This document shows, in pieces, positions 53,821 to 64,000 of a DNA stretch of 64,000 bases. How positions within the stretch are numbered: position 1 is the first letter of the stretch; every line of letters begins with the position of its first letter. The translations under genes and the position numbers were made by a program. Under the pieces are notes generated by a model that worked only from the letters and a program-made list of their open reading frames with translations, was not told where the DNA came from and made no database searches. The stretch is taken from contig OX597814.1 in assembly GCA_951406725.2 (NCBI GenBank), positions 2,914,001 through 2,978,000 of the forward strand. Direction: 5' to 3'. The DNA comes from Octopus vulgaris. Lineage: Eukaryota.

Positions 53821-54294
53821 CTTGAGAGAAGCCCGTTGTATGTATGCGTACATGTATATATTTCTTTGTGTCTCTCACTCCACTCGCTTGGCAACCGGTG
53901 TTGGTTTCCTTATTTATATATGACTTTTGGTTGTGCGGCAATATAGACTGGTAGAATAAGTAGCAGATTTTTAAAAAAACGCATAAGTACAAGAGTCGAT
54001 CTCTGTTATGTGGAATTCCCGTATTTTCTAAAGAATTCGAAACATCGTAACTTTCACTTCTGTCTCCAAATTCTTTGGAAAATCTGTAGAAATAAACACA
54101 GAGATAAAAACATCGCACTGCTAACACGAAGGTATCGACCTGTAAAACTTTAAAATACTTAGTAGAATATTATGGCTGCCGTAATAGAATTCAGAATCAG
54201 CACTTCAGATATATAAAAACATATGGCTGTATACATAAATGTATCTACTATACATATATCTATCTGTCTGTCTATCTATCTATCTATCTATCTA

Positions 54295-54527
54295 CGATCC
54301 CTATTGATCAAGTTTTTTTTTCCTTTCCCTTTTTTTCCTCACCTCCCCCTTTTTGTTTAAATTTTATTTTATCCCCTCCCTTTTTTGTCCTTTTTCTTTC
54401 CATTTACGATCCCTTTTGATCGAAAACCAAACCCCCTTCTTTTACCCCCAAAAGAAAAGCTCTACCTTGTAATTTTGTCCTGTCTGTGTACAGCCCTGTG
54501 TGGCTAATAAAGAAACATAAAGAATCA
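54295..54527 (+). mobile_element. 5'-truncated 3' UTR of a Tx1-related LINE within (TATC)n
   Basis: Shares CGATCCCTTTTGATCG, AAAAGAAAAGCTCT and CAGCCCTGTGTGGCTAATAAA with 20048-20160; TATC repeats on both sides. Confidence 0.85.
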
Positions 54528-54543
54528 TATCTACCTATCTATG

Positions 54544-54586
<43 letters not shown>

Positions 54587-54596
54587 AATATATATG

Positions 54597-54710
<114 letters not shown>

Positions 54711-54854
54711 GACAACAAAAGAGTGAGACCTCGATATTAGATAAATAGAGGAATATTTACATGTTACTTGTTTACATGAGCGGCCCAGGTTATGTTATGC
54801 ACAAATTCTCTCAATTCTCTGATGTTGTTGGATGCCATGAGAGCTTCATTGCGT

Positions 54855-54903
<49 letters not shown>

Positions 54904-55171
54904 CATACATGTGTGCATGTGTGTGTGGATATGTGTGTATGTATGAGCACGTGCATGTACATATATATATATTTGTGTGTGTATGTGCATGTACGTATAC
55001 ATGTTGCGTGTATACATATGTAGACGTTATGAACGCAGGAAGTTTAAGTCTATGTATTGTGAGAATATGTATATTGTGAGAATATATTGTATTTATACCT
55101 ATTTATTCTATTTTTATTTACACCAGAATATATTCGTTAAGATATTTCGTATTTCACAAGATTATATACGT

Positions 55172-55206
<35 letters not shown>

Positions 55207-55457
55207 TTCAATTATTTTATTGTTTTTATCTTTGATCTGAGAAGTGGCTATATTTAAATTGAATTGATTTTACTGTTTTTAGTTCTTAAATATAGCTACG
55301 AAACATGTGTCGTCATCTTACCAAATATATACGTTTTATTTATTATTTTGTACGTTACTTAATCATTGGTATATGTTTTAATGTTATGTTTAATTTTTTC
55401 TGTATGGTATAATTAAAATTTTTTCATTGTTGAATTGATAAAAGGTATTTTTTTCTA

Positions 55458-55527
<70 letters not shown>

Positions 55528-55592
55528 TTTGTGAAATTTGATTTAGTATTCCTGAATTGAATTTTTCCCTGTAAGTTTGGAATAATATTCCC

Positions 55593-55675
<83 letters not shown>

Positions 55676-55706
55676 GTTATTATTAGTATTATCATTATCA
55701 TTATTA

Positions 55707-56135
55707 TACCTGCCTGATATGAAACACAGACACTTGCATGTCTCTGGTGGACCTGATTGACTTGGATGGATCGTTGTCAATCATGGCCTCGATCTCACCA
55801 ACGAATTCAGGAGTCTTTTTTCTTATCAGAACGATTAGAGTGAGTTTTCCGAGCTTCGTAATCACCATCAGACTCATTCAACTCTTTCCGAATCCTCTGT
55901 ACTGTACTTAGATTGACACCCAAATATTCTGAAATATTCGTGTCGGAGCTTCCGGCGCGAATGCCAAGCAGAACAGCATGCAAATTTCTGGCAGTGTGAA
56001 TTGCATCATGGTGCTGTTTTTCACACAGACGGTACCCAGTTGACCCTACTATACTGTGTAGGGGACAAAACTAAAAACCAACAATGCGCATACACGAATT
56101 AAAAATGACATGGCGACAATTTATCCATTGCACTG
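55707..56135 (-). mobile_element. maT/mariner relic: 5' end and transposase N-terminus
   Basis: Reverse frames give HAVLLGIRAGSSDTNISEYLGVNLSTVQRIRKEL...TPEFVGEIEAMIDNDPSKSIRS (paired-HTH-like). CAGTGCAATGGATAAATTGTCGCC is a candidate TIR. Confidence 0.65.
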
Positions 56136-56714
56136 CAGACAGACAGACACACACACACATGTGTGTGTGTATGTATCTGTGCAGAGAGAGAGAGAGAGAG
56201 TGAGAGAGAGAGAAAGTGTGTGTGAGATCATGTTTTATTATATTTGCATGTGATGAATACGATCCGTCATACGCGACTTACATGCGCATATGTACATCTT
56301 TGTATAGGCATATATGCGCATATTGATTGATGTAAATATACACACGCTCTCTGTCTCTCTCTTTGTCATACACACACATATACATATATACATATATGTG
56401 TGTATGTATCATGTGTGTATGTATGTCGGTGTGCAAATGCGTCTAAAGAGCCTCCCTTAATATATCCACAATGACATTCCGCTCAACAAAGATACGATCA
56501 ATCGACCTTTTTCAACTTTTTTCTTTCCTCAAAGTGATGCCATCTTTATCATTGTCACAGTTTTTCAGTTCATCATATTTATAGATTGGTAACTCTTACG
56601 TAAACCTACTCAAATACACACGTACTCACACACACAAACACACAACACACACCATACACACACTCACACAATCACACACACATACACACAAACACAAGCA
56701 CGCTTATATATATA

Positions 56715-56791
<77 letters not shown>

Positions 56792-56926
56792 ATATATATG
56801 TACATGTATATATGTATATATATATGAATATATGTATATATGTATACATGTTTGTATATATATATATATATTTGCATATATGTATATATATGTGTGTATA
56901 TATATGTATATATGTACGTGTATATA

Positions 56927-57001
<75 letters not shown>

Positions 57002-57032
57002 CTGCATTTGTATTTATATACATACACACAGA

Positions 57033-57097
<65 letters not shown>

Positions 57098-57371
57098 GTA
57101 TGCACAATTGAAGTCGCGGTGTCAATCGTAGGGTGATATATTGCATTTTATTATGATCGTATATAGACATCGAAGTTCGTTATTCTGTCCGTGTGTTCGA
57201 GGTGTGTGTTTGTGTGTTGGAAATATATTGCATGCGTACATAATCTGAGTATATAAATCGAATAATTGAAGTTTAATGAATCCTTTGAAAGTTTTTAGAT
57301 TTTAGATTTCTGCTCTAAGTTGCGCATGACTTCCAAAACCTACAATATACACACATACATACACTCATACA

Positions 57372-57402
<31 letters not shown>

Positions 57403-57569
57403 CATACATACATACATACATACATACATTACATACATACATACATAGATACATACATACAGTCAGACATATGTATGTATATGCCTATACAAACATACAA
57501 ATGCGTATATACGCCGGATAACATGGCATATATTTCTGACATGCAAATAACAATGTGTGTGTGTGTCTG

Positions 57570-57720
57570 CGACGGGGTTCTTTCAGTTTCCGTCCACCAA
57601 GTTCACTCATAAGACTTTGGTCGTCTAGAGGCTATAGTAGGAGACACTTGGCCAAGATGTCATGCACTGGGACTGAACGCAGAACCCTGTGGTTAGGAAG
57701 CAAGATTTTCACCGCCTGTC
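57570..57720 (-). mobile_element. Diverged SINE family B 5' half
   Basis: TTCTTTCAGTTTCCGTC...GACACTTGGCCAAG...GGGACTGAAC. Confidence 0.65.
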
Positions 57721-58359
57721 GCATGCCCTTACATCCAACTTTAAATTAAGCACCATTTTCGCCCCAACTCTCTGAAACCTTCACACATTTGCACGCGGCC
57801 TACAATAAAAATATGATATTACTGAAACGGTTCTACTTTCTCCTCAACAAAAACCCATTATTTTATCAAATATACACCCGGCCTCTATCGCCAGATCACC
57901 ATTTCTCCAGCTCTTTTCCTCACTCGCATTCGTTTTGTATCTCTTTCCTTCTCTCTTTCTTTCCTTCTTTGTACTTCCTCATTCTTTCCTCCTTCATACT
58001 CAACCTGCCGCTTTTGCAACCTCTCTCCCTTTCCACCCTCTCTCTCTCTCTCTCTTTCTGTATCATAAAGTCACATAATTCTCATTTAAAGCCATGTGAA
58101 CTCTCTAATCTTTCACATCAATGGCGTTAAGAATTTACCCTGGAAAAAAATTCAACATGAATATCGTCAGAAACTCTAAAGACTAATAACAACATACACA
58201 ACAACCACGTTAACAACCATATTGACAACAACAACAACAACACCAGCAATCATACTGAATATATTAAGATCAGAACCACAATAATTATTATTATTGTTAT
58301 AAAAGGACAGCTGACTCTTTCCATTATACCCAGAAAAATAAGCTATGAGTTTTTAACAC

Positions 58360-58360
<1 letters not shown>

Positions 58361-58443
<83 letters not shown>
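58361..58443. repeat. (TAA)n microsatellite
   Basis: Visible; abuts an R4-like fragment. Confidence 0.95.
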
Positions 58444-58445
<2 letters not shown>

Positions 58446-58527
58446 GATAAAGAAGAAAGAAAATTCGATAGATATTACAGGTTAGCTTGGGACGTTAAGA
58501 AGTTGTGGTCGATGAAAAAGGTGGTAG

Positions 58528-58565
<38 letters not shown>

Positions 58566-59465
58566 ATTTGGCTCAAAGGCAAATAGCAAGGCCATGTAGG
58601 GGGACATGGAGTTAAGTACAGGGTGGTGTTTATGTAAAGAGTTCAGGCCACTTGAGGTCCAGGGAGGCTTTGAACAAAGCTGTCGTCGGCATCTTCACCA
58701 TCTCGTCTGGCAGCTTGTTCCACGGATCCGCAACCCGGACGGAGAAAGCTCCTCTCCTTCGATTGAGATGAAATCGTCGCAGGTAGAGCTTTTCGGAATG
58801 ACCCCGCAGCCGACGCTCCGGAGCAGGAGTGAAGAACAGCTCTTTCGAGAGGTTACACTTCCCGCTTATGATGTTGTGGGCGAGAATGAGATCACCACGG
58901 CGGCGGCGTTTTTCAAGAGAACAAAGGTCGAGCGTCCTCAGCCTTTCTTCGTAGGACAAATTTTTGAGACCATGAACCATGCGGGTAGCCAGCCTCTGGA
59001 CTCTTTCGAGGTGCTGTATGTCTTTGAGGAGATAAGGAGAAGAGGCTTGAATCCCATACTCCAATATGGGTCTCACCAGCGTGACATAGAGTGGCAGGAA
59101 TATGGCTGCTGTGAGCATTCCGAATGACCGTCGAATCAAAAACAGAATTCCGCGCGCTTTGTTGGCAGCATGGACGCACTGGGCCGAAGGCGAAAAGGAG
59201 GAATCCACCAAGATACCCAGGTCCTTTACCTAGTAGTAATAGTACCAATAATTGTCTGAACCCTAGGAGCAGTGGGCAAAAATCTTGAGAAGTACATGGA
59301 ACAAATAGGGGCTGCAATGAGGGTGAAGCACTTGCAGAAAACAGCAATGCTCGGAACCGCTCGTATACTCCGGAAGATACTCGAAAATATGGTGTGTTAC
59401 CTTCGTTCATTGGTATTGGACAGCTGATACCGTAGTACATCTCCAGCGTTAGTTGAGCAAAGGCA

Positions 59466-59466
<1 letters not shown>
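58444..59466 (+). mobile_element. 5'-truncated R4-like 3' end split by a CR1 insertion
   Basis: KDKEERKFDRYYRLAWDVKKLWSMKKVV (58444-58530) continues as VPIIV*TLGAV...LQKTAMLGTARILRKILE (from 59237); lies between (TAA)n and (TGA)n. Confidence 0.75.
58531..59230 (-). mobile_element. 5'-truncated CR1 LINE with (CTAA)n tail
   Basis: Open ORF2 C-terminus KDLGILVD...LYVTLVRPILEY...LERVQRLATRM...LSYEERL..L.SLEKRRRRGDLI (stop at 58630); TSD TAGTAG. Confidence 0.9.
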
Positions 59467-59513
<47 letters not shown>

Positions 59514-59690
59514 GTGGTGGTGATGATGGTGGTGGTGGTGGTGGTGGTGATGATGATGGTGGTGGTGGTGATGATGGTGGTGGTGGTGGTGGTGGTGGTG
59601 GTGGCGGTGGTGGTGGTGGTGGTGGTGATAATAGTGATGATGATGATGATGATAACAATAACAATAATAATAATGATAATAATAATTATA
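59467..59690. repeat. (TGA)n/(GGT)n/(TAA)n compound repeat
   Basis: Visible. Confidence 0.9.
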
Positions 59691-59699
59691 ACAGTAAAA

Positions 59700-61560
59700 A
59701 ACTGCACTCAATCTCAAAAGAGGTATATAAAAACAGAAGAGAGCTTAACCACCCTAATTATGATGATGATAAGGAGGGCACACCAACCCATTTAGGCAGC
59801 AAAAAAGGTGTAAAACAAAAGCCAAACAGGAAAGCTTGAAGGTAATATCGAGAGAGTGGCAAGAAAAACCACTGCATGGACAATAAACCCAAACCAGCTG
59901 GGGAAGCTGATGTAGATATGAGAATTCATCAGTGGCTGCTGAGTAATGGTTTGAAAGTCAAATCAGAAGGATTTATCGTAGCGGCATGTGATCAGCGGTT
60001 TCTCACTCGGGAGTATCAAGCTAATGCCATGCATAGTGCGGTAGACATAAAGTGTAGACTCTGCATTGACAAACTTGAGAGTATGGAGCACATTGTCGCC
60101 GGTTGCTCAGTCGTTGCCTCATGTTATATCCTATTTCTTTACTACCCACAAGGAGTTAAACACAGAGGGGACAAACAAGGACAGACAAACGGATTAAGTC
60201 GATTACATCGACCCCAGTGCGTAACTGGTACTTATTTAATCGACCCCGAATGGATGAAAGGCAAAGTCGACCTCGGCGGAATTTGAACTCAGAACGTAAC
60301 GACAGACGAAATACCTATTTCTTTATTACCCACAAGGGGCTAAACACAGAGGGGACAAACAAGGACAGACATAGGTATTAAGTCGATTACATCGACCCCA
60401 GTGCGTAACTGGTACTTATTTAATCGACCCCGAATGGATGAAAGGCAAAGTCGACCTCGGGGGAATTTGAACTCAGAACGTAACGAGAGACGAAATACCG
60501 CTAAGCATTTCGCCCAGCGTGCTAACGTTTCTGCCAGCTCGCCTCTTGTTATATCCTTACGCCTCAAGTATCATAGTACGGTTGATATTGTCGACGATAG
60601 ATTAAAGAACACACTGCAACAGTGTTATAACAATACAAAAGAGAAACAGCAACAGTAAAAACCACGTAACGAACCAATACTCAATATTTCCATCGCACTA
60701 ACTCGAATTTTAAACTGTACCTGGACTTCCAAGACCAAACTGCGCCGTTCAAGAATTTCCATTTCCAGCGACTTCGAGGGCCACCTCCCAGTGGTGTCGG
60801 GCGTCAACGAAGAGCCCTCGACTACAAGACGACTAAAGTTTTTTTTTCGATTATCTGGGGTCTCCCGCTCCTAAGCCCTAGACCATCACCTAATCACCCT
60901 TACCCGTCTTATTGCTTAACAACAACAACAACAACAACAACAAGACCAAACTACGAACTGACGACTATGTCAGACCGCTACTATTCATATGTAGGGGTTC
61001 CGTTTCTCGTCAGAGAGTATCTTACTTTCGCCACAACACCCCTACAGAATATAAAACAAGGCATGATCGTGTTGGAACAATACATGCACTAGAGTGTATG
61101 CCGCCACTGTGATATCCCGCACCCTAACCACTGGTATGAATGCCATCCAGAGCCAGTCACTGAAGGAGAGAATATTACCATCTCATGGGATTATGAGATA
61201 CATACAGATAGGCAAATAAATGATAACAGACCAGATATCGTCATCAACGACGTAAGATAAAAACCATGCCTGTTAATTGATAAGACAATGCCTTCTCATA
61301 GAAACATTTCCGCAAAGGAATTTGAAAAGCTGGCGAAATATAAGGACCTTGAGATTGAGATGTCTAAGACGTGGCAATCTCCAAACCAAAATCATTCGAG
61401 TTCTTGCAGGTGCCCTGGGAATGATGGAGGAAAGTAGTGAAAAACGTTTCGAGCAGATCTCTGGGAAATCAACGATCTGAGACTCGAAACATTTTATTTA
61501 CATCAACAGCCCACTTTCTCAGGAAGTTCCACTCCATATAATATATACGTGCTATGCAGA
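59700..61560 (+). pseudogene. Old R4-like ORF relic interrupted by a SINE C dimer and another insert
   Basis: WQEKPLHG, SEGFIVAACDQ..TREY, CRLC...MEHIVAGC (59850-60120); YKTRHDRV, WDYEIHTDR..NRPDIV, EKLAKYKDL (61040-61420). Confidence 0.7.
60130..60545 (-). mobile_element. SINE family C, head plus two tandem units
   Basis: Same AAAGAAATA|GGTATTTCGTC junction (near 60315) as the array at 25156-25943. Confidence 0.9.
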
Positions 61561-61567
61561 TCAATCG

Positions 61568-61932
61568 GAAAAGAAGAAGAAAAAGAAGAAGAAGAAGAAG
61601 AAGAAGAAGAAGAAGAAGGAGGAGGAGGAGGAGGAGAAGAAGAAGAAGGAGAAGAAGAAGAAGAAGAAGAAGAAGAAGACGGAGGAGGAGGAGGAGGAGA
61701 AGGAGGAGGAGGAGGAGGAGGAGGAGAAGAAGAAGAAGAAGAAGAAGGAGGAGGAGGAGGAGGAAGAGGAGGAGGAGGAAGGAGGAGGAGGAGGAAGGAG
61801 AAGAAGAAGAAGGAGGAGGAGAAGAATAAGGAGAAGGAGAAGAAGAAGAAGAAGAAGAAGAAGGAGGAGGAGGAGGAGGAGAAGAAGAAGAAGAAGAAGG
61901 AGGAGGAGAAGAAGAAGAAGAAGAAGAAGAAG
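61568..61932. repeat. (GAA)n/(GGA)n polypurine tract
   Basis: Visible, almost pure purine. Confidence 0.95.
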
Positions 61933-62805
61933 GCAAACTATGCTTGATCATAGATATAGCATGCCCAGTTGACAACAAGGTATGCGATAAGGAAGAAAAA
62001 TATTCGATAGATATGACAGGTTAGCTTTGGAGGTTAAGCAGTTGTGGTCGATGAAAAAGGTGGCAGTAGTACCAATAATTGTCGGAGCCCTGGGAGGAGT
62101 GAGTAAAATTATTGAGATCAAACGATAAAAACATTGAGAAGATCAAACGATAGAAACAAACAACTTCAGAAAAATATATATATGGAGAGAATTGAGTCAG
62201 AATAATGTAGAACCTGTGGAACTTGGAACGAGACAGTGGCACCTATTGTGACAAAGTGCCCCAAGTTGGCACAGGTTGTAAACGTTTTACACTGGAAACT
62301 GTGCCAGAAATGGAAATTTGAAGCTGGAAACACAAGGTGCAATCATCGAGCCGAAAAAGTACTGTGGTCGGAAAAATGTAAGGCCTTGTGGGACTTTCCT
62401 TTTCAAACAGACAGGAAATTAGATAATAATAGAAGATGTTTACTGATCGACCTATCATGTCCGTTTGATTCCAGGGTCGTAAGGAAAGAGGAAGAAAAAC
62501 AAAAGAAATACAATCCCTTAAAGTTTGAAATGGCAAGAATTTGGAGCACGCAAACAGTAAAGGTGATGCCTGTAAATAATTGGTGCGTTGGGAATAGGAA
62601 GCCAAAATATAGACAAATGGCTGAAGGCTATTGGAATAGAATGCCTGGTAGAGCTCCTATAGAAAGTTTGTTTCTTGGGGACAGCAAAAATTATCAGGAG
62701 AGTTCTAAGCAATTGAAACTCTGCTGAAAACTTGTGGATACATAAGGACACAGGTAGTAACTCGCAAACCACAAAAATCCAACCAGGAATAAGACTGAAT
62801 TATTG
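61933..62805 (+). pseudogene. Two further R4-like RLE 3' fragments
   Basis: CLIIDIACPVDNKVCDKEE (from 61940); LHWKLCQK...LWDFPFQTDRKLDN..LLIDLSCPFD..KEEEKQKKYNPL (62285-62560); ends at a TAA-rich repeat. Confidence 0.7.
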
Positions 62806-63064
62806 GTAATTAATAATTATAATGATAATTATAATAATAATAATGAGGAGGAGGAGGAGGAGGAGGATGATTGATTGATTTTTATTATAAATGTTAGTAA
62901 TAACAACAATGATATAATTTTTTAAAATCCGTTTGTTTGGATCCGTTAAATATTTATTTTTACTTTGTGCGTTATCGAGTCTCTATTTTGAATACTGTCT
63001 TCGCTTTCATTTATACGCATGTACATATGTGTGTGTGTGTGTACGTCTGTATGTGTCTGTGAGT

Positions 63065-63242
63065 GTGTAGATAGATAGATAAAGAGAGAGAGAGACAGAC
63101 ACATAAATAGATAGATACGTAGATACATACATAGATACATAGAGAGAGAGAGAGAGAAAGAGAGAGACAGGGACAGACAGACAAACAGACAGATAGATAA
63201 ATAGATAGATAGAGAGAGAGAGAGAGATAAATAGATAGATAT

Positions 63243-63316
<74 letters not shown>

Positions 63317-63352
63317 TCATTGATTGATTGATTGATTGATTGATAGATAGAT
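63065..63352. repeat. (GATA)n/(GA)n/(GATT)n compound microsatellite
   Basis: Visible. Confidence 0.9.
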
Positions 63353-63404
63353 ATTGATGTTAATATATTTAGGAACGGCCATGATTTTACCAATTCACCA
63401 GACG

Positions 63405-63461
<57 letters not shown>

Positions 63462-64000
63462 ATTATATCTCATTCTACACTTCAACTTTATCGTTATTTT
63501 TATTTTAGCGTTCTTTGTTAGAAACCTGTAGTCACACATCCTGTGGCATCTTCAGCGACACTCCATCCCCCGTGTCTCCCCTTCTCCTCTTTAGTCCATT
63601 CTAAAGAGAATATGTGTGTGTGCGTGTGTGTGTGTGGTGTCTGTGTGTGTGGTGTGTGTGTGTGTAGATATGCCCCGTAGACTGAGTTCACTGGTCCTTA
63701 GAACCTTGCAGTTCAGATACCCTTATACTATCATTATCTCTACGTTGAGCAGGTCTTTAACTTTAATACTGTTACATACTGTGGTGTGTGTACGCATAAC
63801 AAAACACTTTGAGAATTCAGTCACTCTAGAGATCGATCACTATTGAAAATATATAAATATATAGCCAGACAATTAGGTTATCCGAAAGTGTACGGAAAAT
63901 TGTTATCGCGAAGAAAAGAAAGATGAAGGCGTTTGAAGTCCATCAAGGCTCAGTTGTTAGGCTCTCATAATAAGAGGAAAAACCAGAAGAGACTAGGGGC

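Noticed and set aside
53369-54127. Poly-His, poly-Pro and poly-Thr ORFs (also 59397-59839 and 61469-61978)
   Set aside because: Frames of trinucleotide repeats; no splice or domain evidence.

Overview
AT-rich, repeat-saturated metazoan intergenic or intronic DNA. The tRNA-derived SINE families and extreme microsatellite density suggest an octopus or other coleoid cephalopod (inference). No host protein-coding gene is supported, and almost all short ORFs in the track are microsatellite or SINE translation artefacts. The main element is a near full-length 6.1-kb Tx1-clade (L1 group) LINE at 14029-20163, with a zinc-knuckle ORF1 and an APE-RT-CCHC ORF2, inserted in a (TATC)n array. A related 5'-truncated 3' end sits in a second (TATC)n array at 54295-54527. 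Two RLE-type LINE families likewise sit in their own microsatellites: an R4/Dong-like element in (TAA)n and another family in (CATA)n. Several Penelope-like termini carry minimal type I hammerhead ribozyme motifs. Also present are three SINE families (one forming 184-bp tandem arrays with a fixed junction), CR1-like, RTE and Penelope relics, Tc1/mariner relics and MITEs, and two non-autonomous Helitrons. Coordinates were read by eye and are approximate for degraded copies.
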